Shown: positions 40,348-52,374, counted from the stretch's first letter. The stretch: 64,000 bases of DNA from a bacterium (GCA_021371935.1 JAJFVF010000012.1:177909-241908), one strand, 5' to 3'. Program-made: numbers and translations. The notes: generated from the sequence alone by a model not told the origin.

Positions 40348-41028
40348 GTGGAAAAAGACAGCCTGCAACTCAGACAAGAGATCATAAAAGCATGCCTTCA
40401 TCTGTCCGAGATAGGCCAGTTCATAGGCACTTGGGGCAATATTTCCGTGAGAGTGGAGGAAGGCTTTGTTATTACTCCGTCCGCTGTTGATTACACAACT
40501 ATGACCCCGGAAGATTTTGTCGTAGTCTCTATGGATGGCCAAAAAGTCAGTGGGCAGGCAGTGCCATCATCGGAGACGGAATTGCACAGACGGCTGCTGG
40601 CCATCAGGCCGGATTTGGGGGCATTTGTGCACACACATGCCCCCTACGCGACCTGCCTGGCATGCGCTCACAAGTCTCTGCCCGTGATAGTCGAAGACAT
40701 GGCTCAGATAATCGGCGGTGAAGTTAGGTGCACCAGATATGCATCAGGAGGCAGAAGTAAAGATCTCTCGGAAGAGGCCTGTGCAGTGATTGGAGACGAT
40801 TCATCTGCCGTGTTGCTGGCAAACCATGGCGCTGTTATAGGAGGCCGCACACTCGGCGAGGCTGTCACGGCATGCCGCATCCTGGAAAAGGCAGCATTTA
40901 TATATATCAGCGCAGCCGCAATAGGTGGAGCACATCCTATACCGGAAGAATGCATCATCGAAGAGCGTAACAGACTTCTTTACAGATATGGCATAGAAGA
41001 TGTAACGAACCTATCGCCAACTGAATAA
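40348..41028 (+). CDS. Class II aldolase/adducin family protein (FucA-like)
   Basis: GNISVR, ITPS, PSSETELH, VHTHAPYA and LLANHG. Confidence 0.9.
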   Translation: MEKDSLQLRQEIIKACLHLSEIGQFIGTWGNISVRVEEGFVITPSAVDYTTMTPEDFVVVSMDGQKVSGQAVPSSETELHRRLLAIRPDLGAFVHTHAPYATCLACAHKSLPVIVEDMAQIIGGEVRCTRYASGGRSKDLSEEACAVIGDDSSAVLLANHGAVIGGRTLGEAVTACRILEKAAFIYISAAAIGGAHPIPEECIIEERNRLLYRYGIEDVTNLSPTE

Positions 41029-41030
41029 AA

Positions 41031-41068
41031 AACAGGGAAAGCCATTGCAGACTATCCCTGTTATTTTT
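41031..41068. terminator. Bidirectional terminator
   Basis: AACAGGGA/TCCCTGTT stem with A and T tracts between convergent genes. Confidence 0.6.
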
Positions 41069-41091
41069 GCACTACATTTGTAATATTACTG

Positions 41092-41835
41092 TTAAAGAGC
41101 TGCAGCCGGTTCTCTGATCTCGAACTTGTAGCCCACACCCCAAATGGTCGTTATTCTGCATGGGCTTCCGTTGATCTCGATCTTCCTGCGAAGTCTCTTT
41201 ATGTGCTGATCAACAGTCCTTTCGTCTCCGTAAAACTCCTGATATGCCCAGACTTGCTCCAAAAGCTGTTCACGGGTAAACACGCGGTTTCTGTTTGAGG
41301 CAAGATACCAGAGCAGGTCGAATTCTTTCGGAGTCAGATCAATGCGCTGCTCTCCGACTATAACTTCTCTTGAAATCCTGCTTACAGACAGTCCCGGCAT
41401 ATTCAGAACCTGTTGCTCATCGGGACTCGGCACATATGCGGCTCTTCTCAGCACTGCCTTCACACGAGCCAGCAACTCTCTCGGCGAGAACGGCTTGGTC
41501 ACATAATCGTCCGCCCCTATCTCAAGACCAAGGACACGGTCAACTTCATCAACTCTTGCGCTGAGCATAATTAGGGGAACATTGCTCGTCTTTCGGATTT
41601 CCTTGCAGACGTCGAGCCCATCTATACCAGGAAGCATGAGGTCAAGAATCACGAGATCCGGTTTTTGGGTGCGGACCATGTCCATACCTTCACTGCCGTC
41701 GCCGGTGCAGATAACTTCATAGCCTGCCTTCTCGAAATAAAGGGTGATAAGTTCGCAAACATTCTCTTCGTCGTCTATCACCAGCACCCGGGGCTTACCG
41801 GCTCCGGTCTCATCCTTCTTGAGTACGTTTTCCAT
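41092..41835 (-). CDS. OmpR/PhoB-family response regulator (no adjacent kinase)
   Basis: IDDE, LDLMLPG, GADDYVTKPF, LTPKEFDLL and WGVGYKF. Confidence 0.93.
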   Translation of the reverse strand: MENVLKKDETGAGKPRVLVIDDEENVCELITLYFEKAGYEVICTGDGSEGMDMVRTQKPDLVILDLMLPGIDGLDVCKEIRKTSNVPLIMLSARVDEVDRVLGLEIGADDYVTKPFSPRELLARVKAVLRRAAYVPSPDEQQVLNMPGLSVSRISREVIVGEQRIDLTPKEFDLLWYLASNRNRVFTREQLLEQVWAYQEFYGDERTVDQHIKRLRRKIEINGSPCRITTIWGVGYKFEIREPAAAL

Positions 41836-41957
41836 ATCCTATGCTTACCTCGTTTATGTATTTGCCTTCCGGCGAAAACTCATCTTGGCTTAGTATAATC
41901 GCTTCTACCCGCCGTGTCAATAGTAAAACAAAAAATAAGCAAAAATAGTTATTCTCA

Positions 41958-43037
41958 TCACACAATAGCGCCGACTATGGCATCAAAAACACTTCTGCGC
42001 TGTTTTCGGAACTCCATTCCACTATCATCAAGACAGACTCTATTGGTCAGCAAGATCACAAACAGCTCACAGGCCGGGTCGATTACCATCGCCGTACCCG
42101 TGAAACCGGAGTGACCAATGGCAAATTTAGACACAAACTCACCGCCGGGGAACATTTCATTGCCTTTCATAAACCATCCCACGCTCTGCATCCCAATTTT
42201 TTCGGGTACAGCATTTTGGAACATCAGTTTAAGAACAGCGTCCTCAAGTGGTATTTTTTTGCATAATTGCTCCCGAATTGTGATGTGCCGGCAAAATGTT
42301 GCCAGGTCCAAAATATTAGAAAAAAGCCCGGCGTTTCCTGCAACACCGCCCAATACAAAGGCATTATCATCGTGGACCTCGCCGACGAGCATTCGCGCCC
42401 TAGTCTTGGAGTGATCGGTTGCGCAGCACAAATATTTTGTAGGCGATGGGTTGAACAATGTGTTTGGCATGCCCATAGGCTGGAAAAGACGCCTCTTTAC
42501 AAATTGGTCCATGCTTTCACCGCTCACCGCTTCGATAACTAGCCCGAGCATTATGTATCCCAAGCAGCTATATGTATAGGCAGTTCCAGGCTCGTGTTCA
42601 AGGTCAATTGCAAATAGCTCATCTATCGCCTGCTTGCGAGTATGAGCATTTGAATATAGAGCGCGCCATGACGGCAGACCCGATGTATGGGTGAGCAGAT
42701 GGCGCAGTGTCACTTTCTCAAGATGAGGCAGATGCCTTTCGGGGAAAAATTCTGTGACGCACTGGTCGAGACTGACCAATCCGTCTTGATATAACGCAAG
42801 CACAGCCGGAGCGGTTGCAATAGGTTTTGTGAGGGACGCAAGATCGAAAAGCGTGTTTTCGTTTACCTCCGCGGTATGTGAGAAGTCTGTGTGTCCTGCA
42901 CAGACCTGCATAATCACTTCATTTTTATATGATGCCAACACAGCACCGCCGGGATATAGCTGCTTATTGATTCCCTCTTCAAAAAGCTGCCGTGCCGCTG
43001 ACAGTCTCTTGTCGTCAATCCCGGTCTCTGTTTTCAT
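41958..43037 (-). CDS. Serine hydrolase, beta-lactamase family
   Basis: SLTK (SxxK), LLTHTSG, YSCLGY and GHSGFTG. Confidence 0.9.
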   Translation of the reverse strand: MKTETGIDDKRLSAARQLFEEGINKQLYPGGAVLASYKNEVIMQVCAGHTDFSHTAEVNENTLFDLASLTKPIATAPAVLALYQDGLVSLDQCVTEFFPERHLPHLEKVTLRHLLTHTSGLPSWRALYSNAHTRKQAIDELFAIDLEHEPGTAYTYSCLGYIMLGLVIEAVSGESMDQFVKRRLFQPMGMPNTLFNPSPTKYLCCATDHSKTRARMLVGEVHDDNAFVLGGVAGNAGLFSNILDLATFCRHITIREQLCKKIPLEDAVLKLMFQNAVPEKIGMQSVGWFMKGNEMFPGGEFVSKFAIGHSGFTGTAMVIDPACELFVILLTNRVCLDDSGMEFRKQRRSVFDAIVGAIV

Positions 43038-43241
43038 GCCATACCTCTTAGCCGCTTGACTACCCAATAGTCGACGGCATAGAATATTTTTGGGTCCATA
43101 TGCACGGACTAAGTAAAACACGGTCATAAACTTGCATCAAGGCGCGTATTCTGAATATACGATATTTAGAGCGAAACGTGCAATTTACTTAGCGTAAATT
43201 GCTTAGTTGATATTATAAATGGTAGCGAAATATCAAACTAT

Positions 43242-43466
43242 ATGAAGCAACCAAGTGCAGACCTAATGCAAGCCAAATCTATAGCCAGCAAACACCTCTC
43301 TATGGATAGTGTGGGAATATTGTTTGCCTTAGCTATTACTATTATAGTATACTGCCCTTCGCTTTTTTCGTACTTCCAGGAGGATGATTGGGGACGCATT
43401 TTTACGATCTGCAAACCCGGATTCAACCCTTGGTCTTTCGGAAAATTGTATCCGCCGGATAATTGA
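43242..43466 (+). pseudogene. Probable 5' remnant of a GT-C-like membrane glycosyltransferase
   Basis: A TM helix followed by YCPSLFSYFQEDD, then a stop at the dgt start after only 74 aa. Confidence 0.4.
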
Positions 43467-43467
43467 T

Positions 43468-44547
43468 ATGAATATACGCGAAACATACGAACAACTGGAA
43501 AAAGAAATACTCTCTGCCGACGCAGTCTGCGCATCCAACTCCAAAGGCAGGCAGCGACCGGAGGCGCAGGACAGCGTCCGCACATGTTTCCAGCGCGACC
43601 GTGACAGGATCATTCACTGCAAATCGTTTCGCAGGCTCAAACACAAGACTCAGGTTTTCATCGACCCGGAAGAGGACCATTACCGCACACGTCTGACCCA
43701 TACTCTTGAAGTCGCTCAGATCGCCCGCACGATCTCACGTGCTCTCCGCCTCAATGAAGACCTTACCGAAGCAATAGCTCTGGGCCATGACCTCGGCCAT
43801 ACTCCGTTTGGTCATGCCGGTGAATCGGCGCTTGACGAGGTAATACGAGAATTTGTCCCCGATGGCTCCTTCAGACATTCGCAGCAGAGCCTGAGAGTGG
43901 TTGATGTGCTTGAAAACAAAGGAGTTGGGCTTAATCTGACTTACGAGGTCAGGGACGGCATTTTGCATCACTCCAAAGGTAATGCGGACCTTGCTATCGA
44001 CTCCCGCGGTCCATCCACTCTCGAAGGCAGGATCGTAAAGATAAGCGACCGAGTGGCATATGTGAACCACGACATTGACGATGCGATTCGCGCGGGCATT
44101 ATCACCGAGGATGATCTGCCGGTGAGTTGTGTTGAAATACTCGGCAAAAATCACTCGGACAGAATCGGCGCAATGGTAAGTGATATTATCTTCTACTACG
44201 CCGGAAAAAGAACAATCGGGATGAGCGAACCGTTTAGAAAAGCCACCAATCGGCTTAAAGACTATCTCTTTCAGCATGTCTATGGCCGCGATGTGACCGG
44301 TATTGCCGAGCTAAAGCATGCCGGTGAAATGCTTAAAGAGCTTTTCCGGTTCTATATGGCCGACCCGGATCAGCTATATTCGATATACAGCGAGTCTTCC
44401 ACATCAACCCAAAACACAAGAGAGCTTGCTCGACATGTCTGTGATTTCATCTCAGGTATGACCGACCGCTATGCACAAAAAGACCATATGCATAAATTCG
44501 GAAAGCAGCATTACAGGAAGATTACAGACGACTTACAAATTGCTTGA
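43468..44547 (+). CDS. dgt: dGTP triphosphohydrolase-like protein
   Basis: FQRDRDRI, FRRLKHKTQVF, RTRLTHTLEV, GHDLGHTPFGHAGE and DFISGMTDRYA. Confidence 0.93.
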   Translation: MNIRETYEQLEKEILSADAVCASNSKGRQRPEAQDSVRTCFQRDRDRIIHCKSFRRLKHKTQVFIDPEEDHYRTRLTHTLEVAQIARTISRALRLNEDLTEAIALGHDLGHTPFGHAGESALDEVIREFVPDGSFRHSQQSLRVVDVLENKGVGLNLTYEVRDGILHHSKGNADLAIDSRGPSTLEGRIVKISDRVAYVNHDIDDAIRAGIITEDDLPVSCVEILGKNHSDRIGAMVSDIIFYYAGKRTIGMSEPFRKATNRLKDYLFQHVYGRDVTGIAELKHAGEMLKELFRFYMADPDQLYSIYSESSTSTQNTRELARHVCDFISGMTDRYAQKDHMHKFGKQHYRKITDDLQIA

Positions 44548-44658
44548 CGCGGCAGTGCAGACGCTTGTAGAATAAATGGGCGGTGGTAACCTGTTTTTGC
44601 GGGTGCTTTACTGCAACCTAAACCTTGCCGTCGTTAATTCCATATTTTGCAGGTCTGT

Positions 44659-45690
44659 ATGTCACTATATCTTGTAATAACGATCATTGCTGTTGCCCTC
44701 ATTTTTGACTTCCTGAACGGTTTCCATGACGCGGCAAACTCGATTGCCACAGTTGTCGCGACAAAGGTGCTTTCACCATTTCAGGCAGTATTGTGGGCAG
44801 CTTTTTTTAACTTCGTGGCACCGCTCGTATTCGGTGTGCACGTTGCGGATACAGTCGGCAAAACCGTCAATGCAGCTATTTTCACACCCCACACAATGCT
44901 TATCATTGCCCTTGCGGGACTATGCGGGGCAGTTTTTTGGAATATCATAACCTGGTATTTCGGACTTCCAACCAGTTCTTCTCATGCTCTGATCGGCGGC
45001 CTTGCGGGCGCAGGCCTTACGGCCGCACACATCTTGACCGGATCGATGAAAAACGTATTGAACTGGGAGAAGATCGACACAATCGCCGCCTTTATCGTGC
45101 TCGCTCCAATGATCGGCATGGTAATCGGCTTTTTTGTCATGGTGATCGTTATGTGGCTGTTTCGCAGAACCTCGCCGAGAAGAGTGGACAATTTGTTCAG
45201 ACATCTGCAGTTATTGTCCGCAGCCGCATACAGCATAGGCCATGGCACAAATGACGCTCAGAAAACAATGGGTGTTATTGCCATTGTGTTGCTCACAAGC
45301 GGCCATTTGCAGCCGACTGCAAACGGCATTATACCGGTACCAGTTGAGGTCAAACTGGCATGTGCGGCTGCAATTGCGTTGGGAACGATGTCCGGCGGTT
45401 GGAGAATTGTCAAGACCATGGGTTTGGGTATTACCAAACTCAAACCTGTAGGCGGTTTCTGCGCAGAAACCGCAGGAGCAATAACTATCATAGGCTCGAC
45501 TATGGCAGGCATTCCCGTCAGCACAACGCACACTATCACCGGCGCCATTGTCGGAGTCGGTGCGACAAACAGACTGTCTGCTGTAAAATGGGGAGTGGCC
45601 AGCAGGATCGTGTGGGCATGGATTTTGACAATGCCGCTGTCTGCACTTATGGCGTCTGGCGTATATTTACTTATTCACCTTTGTCAATAA
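44659..45690 (+). CDS. PiT-family inorganic phosphate transporter
   Basis: NGFHDAANSIAT, PTSSSHALIG, HGTNDAQK and PVSTTHTITG. Confidence 0.95.
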   Translation: MSLYLVITIIAVALIFDFLNGFHDAANSIATVVATKVLSPFQAVLWAAFFNFVAPLVFGVHVADTVGKTVNAAIFTPHTMLIIALAGLCGAVFWNIITWYFGLPTSSSHALIGGLAGAGLTAAHILTGSMKNVLNWEKIDTIAAFIVLAPMIGMVIGFFVMVIVMWLFRRTSPRRVDNLFRHLQLLSAAAYSIGHGTNDAQKTMGVIAIVLLTSGHLQPTANGIIPVPVEVKLACAAAIALGTMSGGWRIVKTMGLGITKLKPVGGFCAETAGAITIIGSTMAGIPVSTTHTITGAIVGVGATNRLSAVKWGVASRIVWAWILTMPLSALMASGVYLLIHLCQ

Positions 45691-45711
45691 ATCAAGAAAT
45701 GGAGGCCGGAT

Positions 45712-46338
45712 ATGGGCCTGAGGATTATACCAAGAGAAGAGGCTTTTTTTGATCTGTTCAAGGCGCAGGCGGCAAATGTTGTCGAAGGAGCTGTGCTGCT
45801 AAAGGATCTGCTCGAAGACTATACGGATATCGATCAGAAGAGAATGAAGATAGAAAAGGCCGAAAGCTTTGGGGACGAGATAGCTCACAAGATCATCGAA
45901 AAGCTCAATATGACATTTATTACACCAATGGACCGCGAGGACATCCATGCGCTCAGTTCAGCGCTGGATGATATTCTGGACTTCATAAATGCGACCGCTC
46001 AGCGGCTGAACCTATATGGAGTGATCTCAATAAGCCCAGAGGCTATAGAGCTGGCCAATATAGTGCTGCGCGCAGCCGAGGAAACCCTTGCATTGACAGA
46101 GAGCATGAAAAACCTCAAGGATGTCAAAGGCATGAAAAGACGCTGGATAGAGGTCAATCGGCTCGAAAACGAAGGTGACAAAGTCAGCCGCAACGCCATC
46201 GCCGGCCTTTTCAAAAATGAGAAAGACCCCATCGAAGTAATCAAATGGAAGGAACTATACGAGCATCTGGAGACTGCCATCGATAAGTGCGAAGACGCAG
46301 CAAATATTGTCGAAGCCGTTGCTCTAAAGAATGCTTAA
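45712..46338 (+). CDS. DUF47 (PhoU-like) PiT accessory protein
   Basis: FITPMDREDI, ENEGD and LETAIDKCED; adjacent to PiT. Confidence 0.92.
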   Translation: MGLRIIPREEAFFDLFKAQAANVVEGAVLLKDLLEDYTDIDQKRMKIEKAESFGDEIAHKIIEKLNMTFITPMDREDIHALSSALDDILDFINATAQRLNLYGVISISPEAIELANIVLRAAEETLALTESMKNLKDVKGMKRRWIEVNRLENEGDKVSRNAIAGLFKNEKDPIEVIKWKELYEHLETAIDKCEDAANIVEAVALKNA

Positions 46339-46351
46339 ACAATATCGAGCG

Positions 46352-46678
46352 CTAATCCGGGTCAATTGCTTGTCGGCCATGCTCAAAGCCGGGGTCACCA
46401 TGACTTTTATGTCCGTGCGGTGCGGAGATTGTAATTAGCGAAGTAATTGCGATTGTTATTATTAGCAGCACACACGCGAGCACTGGCTTTTGTTTGATAT
46501 AACACCAGATACATCCGGCATTCAAAACTATGTGGAAGACAGCAGCAATTACCATTACGAGGGACATCAGTTCATGCACAGGCGTTAGTTGACGGATGTG
46601 TGCAAACATCATCAATAGGCCTGTAACGGCAGTAACCACGAAAGAGACAACTAATATCAGCGATACCACACTCTTCAT
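46352..46678 (-). CDS. DUF4405-like small membrane protein
   Basis: TGLLMM...HELMS...FHIVLN with His residues in TM helices. Confidence 0.7.
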   Translation of the reverse strand: MKSVVSLILVVSFVVTAVTGLLMMFAHIRQLTPVHELMSLVMVIAAVFHIVLNAGCIWCYIKQKPVLACVLLIITIAITSLITISAPHGHKSHGDPGFEHGRQAIDPD

Positions 46679-46729
46679 CTGTGCCTCCCGGCTATTGTGA
46701 TTGCGATTATTTTGAGGATAACAAAATTA

Positions 46730-46754
46730 TGCCCCGAAGTCAGTGCTCGGGGCA
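46730..46754 (-). terminator. Putative terminator of the cold-shock gene
   Basis: TGCCCCGA/TCGGGGCA stem with a T-rich tail on the minus strand. Confidence 0.55.
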
Positions 46755-46778
46755 CACACTTTTTAGTTGTACTGGGTT

Positions 46779-46985
46779 CTACGCCGACACCGCGGAGACA
46801 TTAGCCGCCTGCGGGCCTTTAGGGCCGTCGGCAATCTCGAACTCCACCTGCTGCCCTTCAAATAGGGTCTTCCGGCCATCCATATTAATAGCCGAATAGT
46901 GCACGAAGATGTCTTTGCCTTCTTCTGTAGCGATGAAGCCATACCCTTTAGCGTCGTTGAACCACTTTACGACACCAATTTGCAA
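46779..46985 (-). CDS. Cold-shock protein
   Basis: [24 protein letters not shown] and [13 protein letters not shown] start after AAGGAGG. Confidence 0.95.
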   Translation of the reverse strand: MQIGVVKWFNDAKGYGFIATEEGKDIFVHYSAINMDGRKTLFEGQQVEFEIADGPKGPQAANVSAVSA

Positions 46986-47035
46986 CCTACCACCCTCCTT
47001 CAGATAATTCCACACGGATTTACGCCAGTGAACGG

Positions 47036-47064
47036 ATTATAGCACCGAAAACACCATTTGTAAA
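47036..47064 (-). promoter_or_regulatory. Sigma70-like promoter of the cold-shock gene
   Basis: TTTACA-N17-TATAAT on the minus strand. Confidence 0.65.
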
Positions 47065-47100
47065 CCCGCTCGGCAGCTATTTAGAAGCTGCACACGCTTT

Positions 47101-47433
47101 CTACTTCTGCATACGCCTGATTCTCTCCTCCATGAGCTGTTGCATTCGTTCCATTTCATTTTCCATTTGCTCCTGCATGCGCGACATTTTGTCCAGAAGG
47201 TCAAGAATTACTTCCACGCCTGCCAGGTTCACACCCATATCCTGAGTCAGACGTTGGATCTGTCTGAGCCGCTCAATATCGGCTTCGGAATACATGCGGT
47301 TCTTTCTGCCGAGTCTGGCAGGATGCACAAGCCCCAGACGCTCATACATACGCAGAGTCTGAGGATGCAACTCACAGAGTCTTGCTGCCACACCTATTAA
47401 GTATAACGGTTCATTTTTGTCAACACGTGGCAT
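47101..47433 (-). CDS. hspR: MerR-family heat-shock repressor, HspR-like
   Basis: YLIGVAARLCELHPQTLRMYERLGL and GVNLAGVEVIL; last gene of the dnaK operon; HAIR-like site upstream of dnaK. Confidence 0.8.
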   Translation of the reverse strand: MPRVDKNEPLYLIGVAARLCELHPQTLRMYERLGLVHPARLGRKNRMYSEADIERLRQIQRLTQDMGVNLAGVEVILDLLDKMSRMQEQMENEMERMQQLMEERIRRMQK

Positions 47434-47514
47434 TGTGAACCCTCACTTTCATATCAGTTGATATGTATTAGGCACCAGGTAATGGAACCTTTATCCAATA
47501 CACATCATCTGTTA

Positions 47515-48444
47515 TCAACCGCCTTTGCGCAGTTTATGGATTTCCTCCAATAGTTCGCGTTCCTTTGCTGGTATATGCTCCGGGATATGAACTCTGACTT
47601 TCACATATTGGTTCCCGCGTCCGCCGTCTTTCATCTTTGGCATACCCTGACCGGGAAGCCGAAACGTTTTGCCGCCGGATGTGCCAGGAGGGATCTTCAT
47701 AGTAACTCTTCCCGAGAGTGTTGGAACAGTGATCTCTCCGCCCAAAGCCGCTGTCACATAATCCACAGGAACCTCAATGCGCAGGTCATCGTCCGAACGT
47801 TCAAATGTTTGATGAGGACGAATTTTAATCTTTATAAATAAGTCTCCCTCGCCTGCGGGACCTTTTTCTCCCTGGCCTGCAAGTCTGATCTTTTGGCCGT
47901 TGCGAACGCCCTTTGGAATCGTCACTTCTATCTTGCGCCCATTGAGCGAAAATGGCTTTTTGGTCCCGGTGAAGGCATCTTCAAGAGATATCTCCATCTC
48001 AGATTCGATATCGCGTCCCTTTGCCGGGGGCGCATGGCGTTTTTTTGTCGATCCGCCTGCGCGTCTGCCTTCACCAAAAAGCATCTCAAAGAGATCGAAG
48101 CCGCCTTCACCACCAAAGTCTACACGCTGCCCCCTTTGATCGAAGCCACCGAAGTCAAACGTAAAGTCACCGCAGGGATACCCCGCCCCAGGACCGGGAC
48201 CTGCCTGTCCGGCCTGCTCCCAATATTGGCCGAACTGGTCATATTTGGCGCGTTTGTCCTTATCGACAAGCACCTCATATGCCTCGCTGACTTCTTTGAA
48301 CTTCTCCTCGGCAGATTTGTCGCCCGGGTTTACATCGGGATGATACTTTCGAGCCAGCTTACGGTAGGCCGATTTGATATCCTTCTCCGATGCGTTCCTG
48401 TCAACGCCCAGTATTTTATAATAATCTTTATAATTAGTGGCCAT
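47515..48444 (-). CDS. J-domain co-chaperone lacking the zinc finger (CbpA-like)
   Basis: [11 protein letters not shown] motif, G/F region and DnaJ C-terminal domain; no CxxCxGxG. Confidence 0.93.
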   Translation of the reverse strand: MATNYKDYYKILGVDRNASEKDIKSAYRKLARKYHPDVNPGDKSAEEKFKEVSEAYEVLVDKDKRAKYDQFGQYWEQAGQAGPGPGAGYPCGDFTFDFGGFDQRGQRVDFGGEGGFDLFEMLFGEGRRAGGSTKKRHAPPAKGRDIESEMEISLEDAFTGTKKPFSLNGRKIEVTIPKGVRNGQKIRLAGQGEKGPAGEGDLFIKIKIRPHQTFERSDDDLRIEVPVDYVTAALGGEITVPTLSGRVTMKIPPGTSGGKTFRLPGQGMPKMKDGGRGNQYVKVRVHIPEHIPAKERELLEEIHKLRKGG

Positions 48445-48450
48445 AGTATT

Positions 48451-48522
48451 GGTGTCGAATGTCGGGTTTCAGGTGCCAGGTAAGAGTATGTACTCCGACA
48501 CCCGGCACCCGATACCTCTAAC
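48451..48522. repeat. Inverted heptamer tandem repeat, copy 1
   Basis: GGTGTCG/GGTTTCA/GGTGCCA units followed by complementary CCGACAC/CCGGCAC/CCGATAC units. Confidence 0.7.
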
Positions 48523-48954
48523 CTATTCAGCGTTTACTTTGATCTTCTTGGGTTTGGTCTCTTCGGCCTTAGGAATAATAATCTCAAGCAGACCGTCATG
48601 ATAGCCGGCTTTTACCTTATTCGGCTGCACCGGCACTCCTATGCTGAACGACCTCTGGAATGGTCCATATGGGCGCTCGACCCGGATATATTCATCCTTG
48701 CTCGCCTCATCGAACTTGCGCTCGCCGCGAATAGTCAGAGACTCACCCGTAACTTCAATATCTATATCATCTCGGTTCATCCCCGGCAGTTCAGCGCGAA
48801 CAACAAGGTCACTTTGAGTCTCTAAAATGTCTACTACCGGCGACCAGGTTCGGCTGGATGCGCTTTCGGCACGACCCGCCGACTCATTGAATATTCGATT
48901 GATTCTGTCTTGCAAAACACTGATATCCCTAAACGGATCCCATCTGCTTATCAT
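48523..48954 (-). CDS. Hsp20/alpha-crystallin small heat-shock protein
   Basis: RWDPFRD, PVVDILET, AELPG, ERPYGPFQRSF and AGYHDGLLEI. Confidence 0.93.
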   Translation of the reverse strand: MISRWDPFRDISVLQDRINRIFNESAGRAESASSRTWSPVVDILETQSDLVVRAELPGMNRDDIDIEVTGESLTIRGERKFDEASKDEYIRVERPYGPFQRSFSIGVPVQPNKVKAGYHDGLLEIIIPKAEETKPKKIKVNAE

Positions 48955-48972
48955 CTGCTGCTCGCTCCTTTC

Positions 48973-49041
48973 GGGTGATGGGTGTCGGGTGCCAGGTGCC
49001 GGATAACGCACTCCGACACCCGATACCCGGCACCTGACACC
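48973..49041. repeat. Inverted heptamer tandem repeat, copy 2
   Basis: GGGTGAT-GGGTGTC-GGGTGCC-AGGTGCC followed by CCGACAC-CCGATAC-CCGGCAC-CTGACAC. Confidence 0.75.
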
Positions 49042-49043
49042 TG

Positions 49044-50894
<1,851 letters not shown>

Positions 50895-50973
50895 TCACCT
50901 CCGCGGATAGTGGATACCCCTATTATATGCGTGCCCAAACAAGGCCGCTGTGGTATCATCGCCTGCTGTCATA

Positions 50974-51003
50974 ATTATATGACTTGAGTGCGATACTGTC
51001 AAG
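50974..51003 (-). promoter_or_regulatory. Consensus sigma70 promoter of dnaK overlapped by a HAIR-like operator
   Basis: Minus strand TTGACA-N17-TATAAT. CTTGAGT-N7-TGTCAAG at 50983-51003 versus HAIR CTTGAGT-N7-ACTCAAG. Confidence 0.85.
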
Positions 51004-51164
51004 TGTCTTATACCCATATTTTTGGGCTCTTCAACATTTATCTTGAGATTTTCTTCGTTTTTCTAGGCGGCCTGCGGATAGATTGTTTGCAAACCGATCA
51101 TATGGGTGTTGGGTGATAGTTAGTTGATGTTGGAATCCCCTCGAATCATCTCACCGTAATAAAA

Positions 51165-51193
51165 TTGACATGACTCATTATCACTACTATAAT
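51165..51193 (+). promoter_or_regulatory. Consensus sigma70 promoter of rfbA
   Basis: TTGACA-N17-TATAAT. Confidence 0.8.
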
Positions 51194-51225
51194 CCAGTCA
51201 TCGCATGATGCGTATGGAGGCTGAT

Positions 51226-52290
51226 ATGAAAGCTCTCATCTTGAGTGGAGGTAAGGGTACAAGACTCCGACCGATCACATATACCGGCGCGAAACAGCTC
51301 GTGCCCGTCGCAAATAAACCAATACTCTTCTATACAATAGAAGCCGTAAAGGCTGCCGGTATTACTGATATCGGTATTGTTGTCGGCGACACGCATGAAG
51401 AGGTCGAGGCAGCCGTGGGCAATGGCGAGCGTTGGGATGTGAAGATCACATATATACAGCAGGATGCACCTCTGGGTCTTGCTCATGCAGTAAAGATTTC
51501 GCAGGATTTCATCCAAGACGACGCTTTTGTAATGTATCTGGGCGATAATCTAATCAAAGACGGCATCATATCGTTCGTAGACGAATATTGCGAATCGGAT
51601 GCAAATGCGCAGATACTTCTGGCGCATGTGCCCAATCCCCAGTCATTCGGAGTAGCAGAACTTGAGGGAGGGCGTGTGGTACGCTTGATCGAAAAGCCAA
51701 AGCAGCCGCCTACTGACCTCGCTCTGGTAGGTGTCTACATGTTTGACGCGTCTATATTCGAGGCAGTAAACGCCATAAAGTCTTCTGCTCGCGGTGAACT
51801 TGAGATCACCGATGCCATTCAATATCTGGTCGATCACAGCTACAAGGTCAACAGCCACATAATAACCGGATGGTGGAAAGATACCGGCAAGCTCGAAGAC
51901 ATGCTCGAAGCCAACCGCATCATATTGGACGGTATCAAGCGGGATGTGCTGGGTGAAGTTGATGAAAATTCAGACGTTGCAGGCCGGGTAAAGATCGGCA
52001 AGGGCAGCAGGATAATCAACTCCTGTTTGCGCGGTCCCGCGATTATTGGCGAGGGATGCATCATTGAAAATGCATTTATAGGTCCGTATACGTCGATCAA
52101 TGACCGCTGCAAGATCATCTCAAGTGAGGTCGAGCACAGTATAATTCTGGAAGACTCTCAGATATTGGGCATAGGCAGCCGCCTGGAAGACAGCCTGATA
52201 GGCAAAAACGTCAGGATCGACAAGGATCACAAAAAGCCGAAGGCATATCGCATGATGGTGGGCGATAACAGCACAGTTAGCGTGATATGA
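51226..52290 (+). CDS. rfbA: Glucose-1-phosphate thymidylyltransferase (long form)
   Basis: LSGGKGTRLRP, KQLVPVANKP, EKP, RGELEITDA and a C-terminal hexapeptide tail. Confidence 0.93.
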   Translation: MKALILSGGKGTRLRPITYTGAKQLVPVANKPILFYTIEAVKAAGITDIGIVVGDTHEEVEAAVGNGERWDVKITYIQQDAPLGLAHAVKISQDFIQDDAFVMYLGDNLIKDGIISFVDEYCESDANAQILLAHVPNPQSFGVAELEGGRVVRLIEKPKQPPTDLALVGVYMFDASIFEAVNAIKSSARGELEITDAIQYLVDHSYKVNSHIITGWWKDTGKLEDMLEANRIILDGIKRDVLGEVDENSDVAGRVKIGKGSRIINSCLRGPAIIGEGCIIENAFIGPYTSINDRCKIISSEVEHSIILEDSQILGIGSRLEDSLIGKNVRIDKDHKKPKAYRMMVGDNSTVSVI

Positions 52291-52295
52291 CGGCT

Positions 52296-52327
52296 CCCTC
52301 TCCTGGGAGAAAGAGTTGGGGTGAGGG
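52296..52327. repeat. REP-like CCCTCTCC...GGGGTGAGGG element
   Basis: CCCTCTCCTGGGAGAAAGAGTTGGGGTGAGGG between rfbA and rfbC. Confidence 0.5.
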
Positions 52328-52374
52328 TACAACGTAACAATTATTACAAGATGCATAGTTATCGAGGAGAACTG

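Noticed and set aside
44575-44640. Possible riboswitch upstream of the PiT gene
   Set aside because: Only short words (GGGCG, TGCAACC) match; no convincing fold or consensus.
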